Virus record (IMG/VR): IMGVR_UViG_3300037991_006664
Coordinates: 1-39,636 of that record
DNA: 39,636 nt
Source of the DNA: a virus
Lineage: Duplodnaviria; Caudoviricetes
Reading direction: 5' to 3' (one strand)
The notes below the pieces were generated by a model. That model was given only the letters and a program-made list of their open reading frames with translations. It ran no database searches and was not told the DNA's origin. Below are positions 1-8,637 of this stretch, piece by piece (position 1 is the stretch's first letter; every line of letters starts with the position of its first letter). The translations under genes and the position numbers were made by a program.

Positions 1-1221
1 ATATTTATTAAATACTTCTTTAACTTCATTAATTATCTTTATCTCCTTCTCATCTACATCAAACAAAAATGAATCATACGTATATAATACTAATTTTGTT
101 TTTTTACCTCTTAATAATTTAAGTACGTCCCACAGTATACGAACATTCATTGACGTCTCCAAGCATTGTAACGAATAATTAAAAAGTTTTTGCGGATTCA
201 TATTTTCTAATTTACTATCATCAAAATGATAACCCGAAACACGACACTCAACCCATCCATTTTCCTTAAAATCATTCCATAATTTATTTATGTACTTTTT
301 TATTTTTTGAAAATATTCCAGGTGTTCGTATTGTTGAAATACTCCTCCGTATAATTGTTTAAATGTTAATTCTTTTGACTTGGCATAGCTTACTTTATAA
401 AGTTTCGCCATATGATCGTGAATATCCACAGTGGGGAAATTATAATCAATGAGACGACAAGACAAACTAGGATGATAAGCACTAATATCAATTTCATAAA
501 AAATATCATTAGCTGGTATAAAAGCTTTCCTACATCCGTTTTCTTTGTTAAGTGCGGCATAATTTACTCCTTTAAATTTATTACTTGGTCTTGATGTTAA
601 TGTTTTTAAGTTATATTGTGTGTGAACCTTGGATCTTTTTTCATCGTAAAAGTATTCTCCGAAGGTTTTGTTGTGTATTTGTATTCCACTTCTCTCGATG
701 GCGTTGAATACCAATGAGGTTTTTGTATTGAAAAATTCTGCATATGGCGTTTTAATTTGGTTTATATTTTCTTTTAAATCATTAAAAATGTTTTCACATA
801 ATTCAAAATGTTTTACAATTGGAATAATTGTATTTATATCATCTTTATCCTTATTTCTATAATAGAATATATCATGTGTTTTAGTTGTTGGTCGTATATA
901 CGGATTAGGAGGTTGATTTATGTCATATAGAGCTTTTAGAGGATAATAATGTAATGTTTCTTTTTTATCTCTACAATACAACACATCAAATTTGCTAAGT
1001 AATGTGTCTATTAACGTATTATTAACACTAAAAGCCTCACTATGTGATACACATATCATAAACCCTTTTTGCGCGCCTAATGGCCGAATATACAGTAATG
1101 ATACTTTATTATTAATTGGGTGATTATTGTCACTATATGGTATTACTTCTATAAAAGCCTTTTTATAACCACTATTAATTAATACTTCTATTTGACTATC
1201 TTCTTCTATCAACCAATACAT
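1..1221 (-). CDS. Compact family A DNA polymerase (3' end outside window)
   Basis: Not in the ORF track. Translated by hand from ATG at 1221 (MYWLIEEDSQIEV...), open to position 1. PolA-like motifs in order: IERSGIQI, VHTQYNLKTLTSRPSN, RKAFIP, motif A EIDISAYHP, motif B KELTFKQLYG, NYSLQ, motif C YTYDSFLFD. Confidence 0.85.
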   Translation of the reverse strand, partial: MYWLIEEDSQIEVLINSGYKKAFIEVIPYSDNNHPINNKVSLLYIRPLGAQKGFMICVSHSEAFSVNNTLIDTLLSKFDVLYCRDKKETLHYYPLKALYDINQPPNPYIRPTTKTHDIFYYRNKDKDDINTIIPIVKHFELCENIFNDLKENINQIKTPYAEFFNTKTSLVFNAIERSGIQIHNKTFGEYFYDEKRSKVHTQYNLKTLTSRPSNKFKGVNYAALNKENGCRKAFIPANDIFYEIDISAYHPSLSCRLIDYNFPTVDIHDHMAKLYKVSYAKSKELTFKQLYGGVFQQYEHLEYFQKIKKYINKLWNDFKENGWVECRVSGYHFDDSKLENMNPQKLFNYSLQCLETSMNVRILWDVLKLLRGKKTKLVLYTYDSFLFDVDEKEIKIINEVKEVFNKY

Positions 1222-1236
1222 AAAACCATTTTGAAC

Positions 1237-1268
1237 CTAATATACGAAGAAATACTTTAATATCCACC
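1237..1268 (-). promoter_or_regulatory. Putative host-sigma (Bacteroidota-type -33/-7) promoter of the polymerase gene
   Basis: Minus strand reads GGTG-N20-TATATTAG. The same spacing recurs at 23125-23156 and 39351-39382 and resembles the Bacteroidota TTTG-N19-21-TAnnTTTG consensus. Confidence 0.6.
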
Positions 1269-2183
1269 ATATCCTCCAGAAGAAGGTAATGGAGCAGATT
1301 GTTGAGTATTAGATGAAGTATCTTCTATCATTTGTTCTCTTTTTTCATATTTTTTAATTTCAGTAGGTATTGGAATTAAGTAATTATGAGGAGCATCTAC
1401 ATGTTGTCTCCCAACCATAGGTCCTTTATCAGGGTGAATATGGTAATAACCTTTATAATCTTTTCTAACTGTTGGATACCCTGGTGTTTTTATTTCTTCT
1501 AAAAATTCTCCTCCTGCTGTGTATAAATTTTCATTTTCTGCAAATTGGAAGAATTGGTCAAATTTATTTTTAAACCATTTATCAAACGCTACTAAATTTA
1601 AATTTTGTTGTATTCTTTCTACTGTTCTTTTATTTATTTCAAACGCAGAATCTTTAGTACCACTTCTAATGCCTGTTAATTCCCATGTTATTTTAAAGGG
1701 TGTATATAAAGCCCATTGTGCTCTCGAGTCTTTAGCTTCATATTGACTATAAGTTAATTGGTTTACTTCTATATACATTCCTTTTCCTATTCTATTTAAG
1801 AAATATCTTTGAAATTCACCTAAATTATAATCTTTTTCTGTTGGTACAGGATAAAAACTTAAAGGTTGATCTCCTGGTTTTGGTAATTGAGATTTTTTAT
1901 AACCAAGATCTGTTATAGTCCAAAAACCAGGTTTTCTAGATGCGATTTGGTTCACATCATAACCATCTACTACTGTTGGTGGAAGTAATGGATTATCTTC
2001 TACTTCTACCATTGGCATTAAAGGTTCTGAGTTTGGTGAGTTTGGATTTTGGCCAGAATAATATGTACCCTTTGAAGTTTTCCAATATCTACCTATGTAC
2101 TCTTTTCTAGTACTTACATAAGCAAGTTCTTTTCCATTAGTATAAAGATTTGTTTGTATTTGAGATTTAGGATAATAAGCCAT
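1257..2183 (-). CDS. Hypothetical protein, probably virion/baseplate-associated, with a duplicated NLYTxGxE module
   Basis: 308 aa, starts 2 nt after the hub gene ends. Contains NLYTNGKEL...YIGRYW and NLYTAGGEF...YKGYYH. Confidence 0.55.
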   Translation of the reverse strand: MAYYPKSQIQTNLYTNGKELAYVSTRKEYIGRYWKTSKGTYYSGQNPNSPNSEPLMPMVEVEDNPLLPPTVVDGYDVNQIASRKPGFWTITDLGYKKSQLPKPGDQPLSFYPVPTEKDYNLGEFQRYFLNRIGKGMYIEVNQLTYSQYEAKDSRAQWALYTPFKITWELTGIRSGTKDSAFEINKRTVERIQQNLNLVAFDKWFKNKFDQFFQFAENENLYTAGGEFLEEIKTPGYPTVRKDYKGYYHIHPDKGPMVGRQHVDAPHNYLIPIPTEIKKYEKREQMIEDTSSNTQQSAPLPSSGGYGGY

Positions 2184-2185
2184 TA

Positions 2186-5100
2186 TTAAAAGTTTTTATC
2201 AAATTTTTCTAAATATTCTTCCTCAACATTATCTTCTAAAACACTATCACCAGTAAATGTATTATTTAAATGTCTTAAATAAAATCCATCCTTACCCTCA
2301 GTTAGATTTTTTGGTATTACTCTTGATATCCATGTTTTAGGATCTTTAGCATCTCCTTCATATGACTTTCTAAGGCTTTCCATTACAGTTTTTACTGTTC
2401 TTGTAGTTTTAGTTAATGATGCTTCACTTTCTTTTGATTTTTTCCATTTTATATAATCCTTAAATATTAGAGCTTCAGTTGCATAATCAACATTGTAAGA
2501 AGATTTAGCTTGGGCTGCTGTTTTTCTTACAGGTAAACCACTTATTGTGTCAAAAATATATATTTTTTGATTTGGATTTGAGATAAAACCATCATTGTCA
2601 AATTCAAATTCATCAAATACTAATTCTCCCATTTTTATTCTTTCTTTAAAATAAGCATAGCTATAGAAATCTCTAGATGTTTCTCTTTTACCAGAATCAA
2701 ACTCTTCTTTATACCCATCAACATCTAATAATGTAATATATCTAGTACCATCATTATTAGATATATCATCTACGTAATTTCTAAATTGTTGATATATTGG
2801 TCTACTTCTTACAAACTGAGCGTATTCGCCCCAAACTCCTTTATAATATTGCCAAATTTCTTTATCTGTTCTTTCTGGGACTTGACCTAAATTACCTTCT
2901 GCACTTACCCATTCTACTGGGATATCATATTCTAATGATGTTGGGTCTAGATCTACTGTACCCGCCCCAGACTCCCATTCTACTGAGAAGTGAGTATGTT
3001 GGCCTACATCTGAGTCGTAATCACCTTTTGGTTTATGTAAATCTGCTTGTTCTGCTATTTTATCACCTTTTGTAACTGTGTCCCCATTTTTAATACCACT
3101 TAATTTATCATTATAAAGTACTTTAACTAAATAACCAGTATAATCAATTTCTTCTTCTTCGGAATCAACCCCAGTAATCTGGAATCCACTTAATTTTTTA
3201 CCTGTCATTGGATCATAGAAATAAATTTTCCCTGATATAGGGGCATAAATAGATGTATCTATTGATGCTGTTATATCAACTCCTAAATGTAATCTATCTA
3301 CTCTAGGGGCACCAAAATATCCAAATCCACCACTATCATTTCTAACAGTTAATTTACCATTTGTTGGTTTAACAGGTGGATAGAATGAAGCTCCAATTGG
3401 TGGATCTATTGACAATTCAACTTCTTCAAATCCAAATTCACCATCATATTCAACACTTTCAACTGGTGGATCTGTCAAAGGTTGTATTATAGGTTGAGAT
3501 ATAGCATCTAATTGTGTTAACCATTCACCATTCTGAATAGTATGTCCTACTTTCATTATTGTAAAAGAAAGTTCATCTGTATAGATGTTAGGTAAGAAAG
3601 AAGTATCAACATTTAATTTTTGATATATTTTAATTCCGGATATTCCATCTACTGTCAAACCTAAATTTAATGGAATAAACCCTACACTACCTATTGAAGT
3701 ACCAGTTTCTTCCCAATGGCCACTAGCATATCTGTCTAATTTATCTTTTGCAATACTTATTCCTTTATTAATAAAACTACTATCAAATTCTTCATATCTA
3801 GGACTCATAACGGGTTGATTGGCAACCTCTACAGTTCCTTCTTTTATTCCTAGTAAAATTTCTGCGTTTTCTTTTGTTAATAAAACTTTTTTAATTGTTT
3901 TAGCAGTCATAGGAGTACCAAAACATTCTGTTACATAATAATCAAATTTATCTTTTATTAAATTATTATTTGCGGCATTAATTTTAGAAATTGCAGCTTC
4001 ACTTAACTCTATTTGTCCTTGACTACCTGTTGTTGTAGCTTGTGCGGGTGTAGCTTTATAAGATCTTATTGGTGGTAATTCTGATTGGTAGTATTTATCT
4101 GTTAATCCATCATTCCATTGTGAAAATGCTGTAGGTATTCCTCCTCCATTTGCTGTGGCACTAATACTCATCATATTAGATAGAGCACTATCTATTTTAG
4201 TTTCAAATGTTACATCCTTAACAAAATTAGAACTACCCGAACCTTCTGTGTTGTACCCAAAAACTTGAATTTGAGCAGAGTCAGCATCAATATCAGGATT
4301 TAAAAATCTAACTAATTCCCCATTACCTCCTATTGTATTTTCATCTTGAAATGTTATTACTACAGAATCTCTAAGATGACAACCCAATTTATTTATTCCC
4401 CCTAATGCTCTATTTAGTCCTTGACATAATGAATCAAAAAATGTATAAAAATCAATATCACCTTCATTATTAGAATTTTGTTCTAAAATAGTAGAAATAA
4501 AATCAAAATTAATATAAATATTACATAATTTAGCATGTAAACCTCCTCCATCACTAGTATTCCATTGGGACATACTTTTATACCATTTTGATGTATATCT
4601 ATCATCAAATTGTAAACTTTGTCCTGATGTATTTCTTACTACACAAATTCTAGGATCTATACTAAATTGGTTAGGATAACAAGGCATAATATTAGTATCA
4701 GTATCATAATCAATTTCTAATTTTTTAAAAGCCTCTCCACTGCCTACAGATGCTGGGATTAAATCGTCTTGAACATATTTTAAAAAATCTCCAAATCTCC
4801 AAAAATATCCATACTTATTAACTCTTTCTGCCATATCTTCGGTTTGCGATACTAACGTATCTGTATCAGTTGGAACCATTGTAATGTAGGGGGCATTATC
4901 TGTAGCATTAAAAACATCTGGGTCTGCTTTTAATTCATTTAATTTTAAATCTATTGCGTTACCTGAGTCTGCATCATCAGCTGCTCCTCCTTTACTTGTC
5001 CCTCCTATATTCATTCTTAGGGATTCTATTATATCCCCTAAACTCATTAATTTTATGTTTATGTCATAAGAACCATCACTATTAAATTTCCAATCAAAAT

Positions 5101-5989
5101 TAGTTACTCTACCAAAGAATCCATCATAATTTCCATCATATAATTTTCTATAATTTTCTATTTTCTTTAGTAGTCCTACTTGATTATTTTCTTCTCTTTG
5201 TTCTTTAGTTTGAAAGGCAAACCAATCATTTTCTATTAAAGTATTTCCTACTTCTTTTATTATTCCATTTTTTGAATTATTAGGTAAATAATGACTATTA
5301 CCCCATTCTAACATCATAGTAAATCCTAATCTTAAATAGAGTAAATCAATTAATTCAAATTGAAATCTATTAAAAGCCCTTATAGTTATAGTTCCAGATC
5401 TAAGAGAACCTCTATTTTTATAATCAACTTTCCAATCTATTATACCAGGCATAGGTTGAAGTCCAAATTCTGTTCCTCCTAATCCATATGCTGGGTCACC
5501 TTTAAATGAATTAAATATACTATTACTTTTTGAATATCCCCTTCTTCTTTTATATGATAAAAATTTTCCTGATACTGTTGGATCTCTATATGGTTCTTGA
5601 CCTTCTGGGGTAGCTGTAACATTTTCTGCCTCTAAACCTTGTATCCCATTAAATAATACGGCTTGTCTTGCTAGTGCATTACCAACATATTGTTGTGCTT
5701 CATTATTTGAAAAACCTAAATTAACTAATCTATCTACCCCACTATTACCTGTTCTAACATTAAATTTTCTCCATTTACTGTTTTGTTGTTTTTCTAATTC
5801 TTCTGGGGTAATATCGGGATTTATAATAACAGAAGATGCTAATTTAACCCAAGCAACTCTTGAATTAAGATAAGTTATATATTCTGGGGATCTTTTTAAA
5901 TCACCAAAACCACTCCCATAAACAGATTGTCTAAGTTCTATCTGTTGATTAACATATTTATTAAATGGTTCTCCTATTAAGTTTCCCAT
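2186..5989 (-). CDS. Baseplate hub-like protein with M23 metallopeptidase domain
   Basis: 1267 aa. Located after the tape measure, tube-initiator-like and LysM genes. M23 motifs HLGVD (HxxxD), IYAPISGKI, VTKGDKIA and HTHFSV (HxH) at about 2930-3400. The hub assignment is mainly by synteny. Confidence 0.7.
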   Translation of the reverse strand: MGNLIGEPFNKYVNQQIELRQSVYGSGFGDLKRSPEYITYLNSRVAWVKLASSVIINPDITPEELEKQQNSKWRKFNVRTGNSGVDRLVNLGFSNNEAQQYVGNALARQAVLFNGIQGLEAENVTATPEGQEPYRDPTVSGKFLSYKRRRGYSKSNSIFNSFKGDPAYGLGGTEFGLQPMPGIIDWKVDYKNRGSLRSGTITIRAFNRFQFELIDLLYLRLGFTMMLEWGNSHYLPNNSKNGIIKEVGNTLIENDWFAFQTKEQREENNQVGLLKKIENYRKLYDGNYDGFFGRVTNFDWKFNSDGSYDINIKLMSLGDIIESLRMNIGGTSKGGAADDADSGNAIDLKLNELKADPDVFNATDNAPYITMVPTDTDTLVSQTEDMAERVNKYGYFWRFGDFLKYVQDDLIPASVGSGEAFKKLEIDYDTDTNIMPCYPNQFSIDPRICVVRNTSGQSLQFDDRYTSKWYKSMSQWNTSDGGGLHAKLCNIYINFDFISTILEQNSNNEGDIDFYTFFDSLCQGLNRALGGINKLGCHLRDSVVITFQDENTIGGNGELVRFLNPDIDADSAQIQVFGYNTEGSGSSNFVKDVTFETKIDSALSNMMSISATANGGGIPTAFSQWNDGLTDKYYQSELPPIRSYKATPAQATTTGSQGQIELSEAAISKINAANNNLIKDKFDYYVTECFGTPMTAKTIKKVLLTKENAEILLGIKEGTVEVANQPVMSPRYEEFDSSFINKGISIAKDKLDRYASGHWEETGTSIGSVGFIPLNLGLTVDGISGIKIYQKLNVDTSFLPNIYTDELSFTIMKVGHTIQNGEWLTQLDAISQPIIQPLTDPPVESVEYDGEFGFEEVELSIDPPIGASFYPPVKPTNGKLTVRNDSGGFGYFGAPRVDRLHLGVDITASIDTSIYAPISGKIYFYDPMTGKKLSGFQITGVDSEEEEIDYTGYLVKVLYNDKLSGIKNGDTVTKGDKIAEQADLHKPKGDYDSDVGQHTHFSVEWESGAGTVDLDPTSLEYDIPVEWVSAEGNLGQVPERTDKEIWQYYKGVWGEYAQFVRSRPIYQQFRNYVDDISNNDGTRYITLLDVDGYKEEFDSGKRETSRDFYSYAYFKERIKMGELVFDEFEFDNDGFISNPNQKIYIFDTISGLPVRKTAAQAKSSYNVDYATEALIFKDYIKWKKSKESEASLTKTTRTVKTVMESLRKSYEGDAKDPKTWISRVIPKNLTEGKDGFYLRHLNNTFTGDSVLEDNVEEEYLEKFDKNF

Positions 5990-5997
5990 AACTATTT

Positions 5998-6294
5998 TTA
6001 ATTAAATCTTTCAAAATTCTTTACTATATTTCCAACATTTGATGGTATTCTAATTTGAATTCCTATTGGTGGATAATAAGAATCTTGTTTAAGGTTTGGA
6101 TTTGCAGCTGATATAGCCCACCATAATGAAGGATCATTATAATATTGTAATGCCAATCTATCAAATCTATCTTCTACTCCTGTGTAAACATAAATGTCAT
6201 TTTCAGAATAAGGAACATCAGGATAGGTCACATGATCATAATATTGATTTCCTTGACTATCTCTGCTTATATTAATTCTATTATATCTACTCAT
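5998..6294 (-). CDS. LysM-like baseplate protein (T4 gp53 / P2 gpX-like)
   Basis: 98 aa with DRFDRLALQYYNDPSLWWAISAAN...GIQIRIP, the typical tail LysM pattern, in the expected position. Confidence 0.85.
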   Translation of the reverse strand: MSRYNRINISRDSQGNQYYDHVTYPDVPYSENDIYVYTGVEDRFDRLALQYYNDPSLWWAISAANPNLKQDSYYPPIGIQIRIPSNVGNIVKNFERFN

Positions 6295-6305
6295 TTTATT
6301 TTATT

Positions 6306-8288
6306 TTAAGAACCGTCTCCACCTGCTGCTAATAAGTCTTGTTCAACAGTATCACCAATCCCACCTTGGTTTCCTCCTTGAGATTCATTAGTATTATTTG
6401 GAGCAGCATTATTTACATTTTGTTCACTAGCTGTTGCATCTTCTGTTTCGTTTTGTATTTTACTAGGATCTGTTGGATCAAATGGTCTTGTATTAGCATA
6501 ATTATTACTTGCCCCATTAGTTAATGCTATAAATTGTTCCTTACCAAATGATTCTAGTGATCCATTTTCTGCGAATACATTTTTCTGTACTTGTGGTACA
6601 AAATTATGAATTGGGGTAAATTGTACTCCACTTACTTGTATTATATGAAATAATTCTTTAACTGAACTATCAGAATTACCTTCGTCATTTATTGCTATTT
6701 CTATTGGAGCTTCCATCATTGGGCTTATATTTAAAGTACTTATAAAACCAGGCTGCTCATAACAATATCCTCCTAAAGTAAGAGTAACTAAATTACCAGC
6801 CATATAACCTTGACTAGTATAATCAGGGGCTAATGTTGATGCTAAATAATTTAATTTTTGATACATTGGTATTAATTCTGCTTTTGATAGTGCTGCTACT
6901 GTAAAAGACATATTAATTTGTCTATCAAATCCACCATATCTATAAAAATTTTCTCCTCTACCCATATATTTTTGACCTGTCCACTCAGCAGTATAATTAT
7001 CAGAAAATTCATCTAAAAGAGCTCTAAAATGAATAAATACTTTTTCACTTGGGTTTGAATTTTGAATTATACCAAATCTAAATTTAACAAAATCATCCTT
7101 TATTGGATTTTGAGTTACAAATTGGGATTTATAAATTTGCATTGCATTTATCTTATCTAATGCAATTGATGATGAGGTATAGCTTATTCTATTTCTTTTT
7201 CTACTTCCTGGGTCTCCTAAATTAACTCTACCATCCTCACCATAAGCCATTTTTGTAGTGTAATCTGGTGATTTAGATAAAATAGTAGATGCTTTTAATG
7301 GTTTTGCAGGGTCTGCTTCTATAATAGCCTTTCTAAAATCTATAACTTTTTCAGTAGCACTAGTACCTATTAAACCTGGTAGGTTGCTTAATGGTATTCC
7401 TTGTTTTATTGAAGTTATTTGGTTAGCATTTAAGGTCATAAACCCATTACCTAATTTAGGGGTCGTATCATTAATTACCCCAATTTCACCACCTGAACCT
7501 AACGTAACTGTTGTTGTGTATCTTCTAAGTCGAGTTTTTCCTACACCTAATACTGATCCAGGACCTCCTCCATAACTTGCTATTTCTGTTTTGTAAGGAG
7601 AAATAAAACCACCTTTAAATCCTTCAATTATATCAGTTATACCATTACCAATTTTATCAAATATATTATTATTTGATGGAGGTATGTTAAATCCTACTAC
7701 TGAATCAGGAGTTACTCCTGGTGCTTGGTTTGCTACTATTGGTGCAGCTATTTTTTTATCTTTTAATTGTAATAATCTATTAGTACTAACATCTTTAACT
7801 TCATTTACTATTTTAGAATAAGCTGGTATACCCTGAAAACCAGATAATTTTTGTAAAAAATTAGGGTTGGCTACATTTGGAGTTTGAGTATTTGCAAATG
7901 GATTAAGTCCTTGTTTATTTAAATGTCCTCCTGTTGGGTTTACTGCTAATTGAGCTAGTGTTGAAGTAGGTAAATAAATACCATCATTTAATAAACCTGA
8001 TGCTTGAGATTTTACTTGTGAACGAGATAATGCATTTTGTTTTGCTATAAATCTTAGACCTGAAGGTGATTGAAAATATTTAAAAAATCTTTTTTCATCA
8101 TTTATCACACGTTCAATTACACCGCTTTTTAAGAACAGATCACTCCCATTCTGATCGATAGTTGGTCCTTCATCGTCTGCTATTTTTTTAGCAATATCGA
8201 CAGTTATAAAAGGTTCTGTAGCTATTCGACCCTCAGGAGCATATTTTAAGCTAGTGAGGTCCGTTTGCAGGTTCTCTAGTAAGGGCAT
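6306..8288 (-). CDS. Baseplate / tail-tube initiator-like protein
   Basis: 660 aa. The C-terminal half has a tube-fold-like segment (FSDNYTAEW...YMGRGENFYRYGGFDRQINMSF...LVTLTLGGY...PGFISTLNI). Lies between tape measure and LysM genes. Confidence 0.65.
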   Translation of the reverse strand: MPLLENLQTDLTSLKYAPEGRIATEPFITVDIAKKIADDEGPTIDQNGSDLFLKSGVIERVINDEKRFFKYFQSPSGLRFIAKQNALSRSQVKSQASGLLNDGIYLPTSTLAQLAVNPTGGHLNKQGLNPFANTQTPNVANPNFLQKLSGFQGIPAYSKIVNEVKDVSTNRLLQLKDKKIAAPIVANQAPGVTPDSVVGFNIPPSNNNIFDKIGNGITDIIEGFKGGFISPYKTEIASYGGGPGSVLGVGKTRLRRYTTTVTLGSGGEIGVINDTTPKLGNGFMTLNANQITSIKQGIPLSNLPGLIGTSATEKVIDFRKAIIEADPAKPLKASTILSKSPDYTTKMAYGEDGRVNLGDPGSRKRNRISYTSSSIALDKINAMQIYKSQFVTQNPIKDDFVKFRFGIIQNSNPSEKVFIHFRALLDEFSDNYTAEWTGQKYMGRGENFYRYGGFDRQINMSFTVAALSKAELIPMYQKLNYLASTLAPDYTSQGYMAGNLVTLTLGGYCYEQPGFISTLNISPMMEAPIEIAINDEGNSDSSVKELFHIIQVSGVQFTPIHNFVPQVQKNVFAENGSLESFGKEQFIALTNGASNNYANTRPFDPTDPSKIQNETEDATASEQNVNNAAPNNTNESQGGNQGGIGDTVEQDLLAAGGDGS

Positions 8289-8300
8289 AGTTAAGTATTA

Positions 8301-8603
8301 TTATCCTCTATTTTCTGTGTTTGTTCCTGTTAAATCAAGAGCTCTATCCAAAATAGCATCATCTAATCCTCCAGCGTATTTTTGCACTGGTTGAGTTTGA
8401 GCTAATTGAGTTGGAGAGGTAAATTGAGGAACTTGACCTGTTAATCTTGGTCTAACGGCTTCACCAACGGGTGTATCATTTAATGAATATTCATTATGCA
8501 AAGTTGAAGTTTCTGCTGTGTCTCCATATTTTGCAGATGGACCTCCATTGTTTTTTGAAAATACGCTACCTCCACCGTTTTCTAATCTGTTTTTTAAGTT
8601 CAT
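8301..8603 (-). CDS. Hypothetical protein (tail module)
   Basis: 100 aa with its own late-type promoter motif. No family recognised. Confidence 0.6.
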   Translation of the reverse strand: MNLKNRLENGGGSVFSKNNGGPSAKYGDTAETSTLHNEYSLNDTPVGEAVRPRLTGQVPQFTSPTQLAQTQPVQKYAGGLDDAILDRALDLTGTNTENRG

Positions 8604-8619
8604 AATTTATTAATTTAAT

Positions 8620-8632
8620 TTATTATAAATAT
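8620..8632 (-). promoter_or_regulatory. Putative late promoter (ATATTTATAATAA)
   Basis: Recurring intergenic motif upstream of structural genes. Confidence 0.7.
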
Positions 8633-8637
8633 ATATT

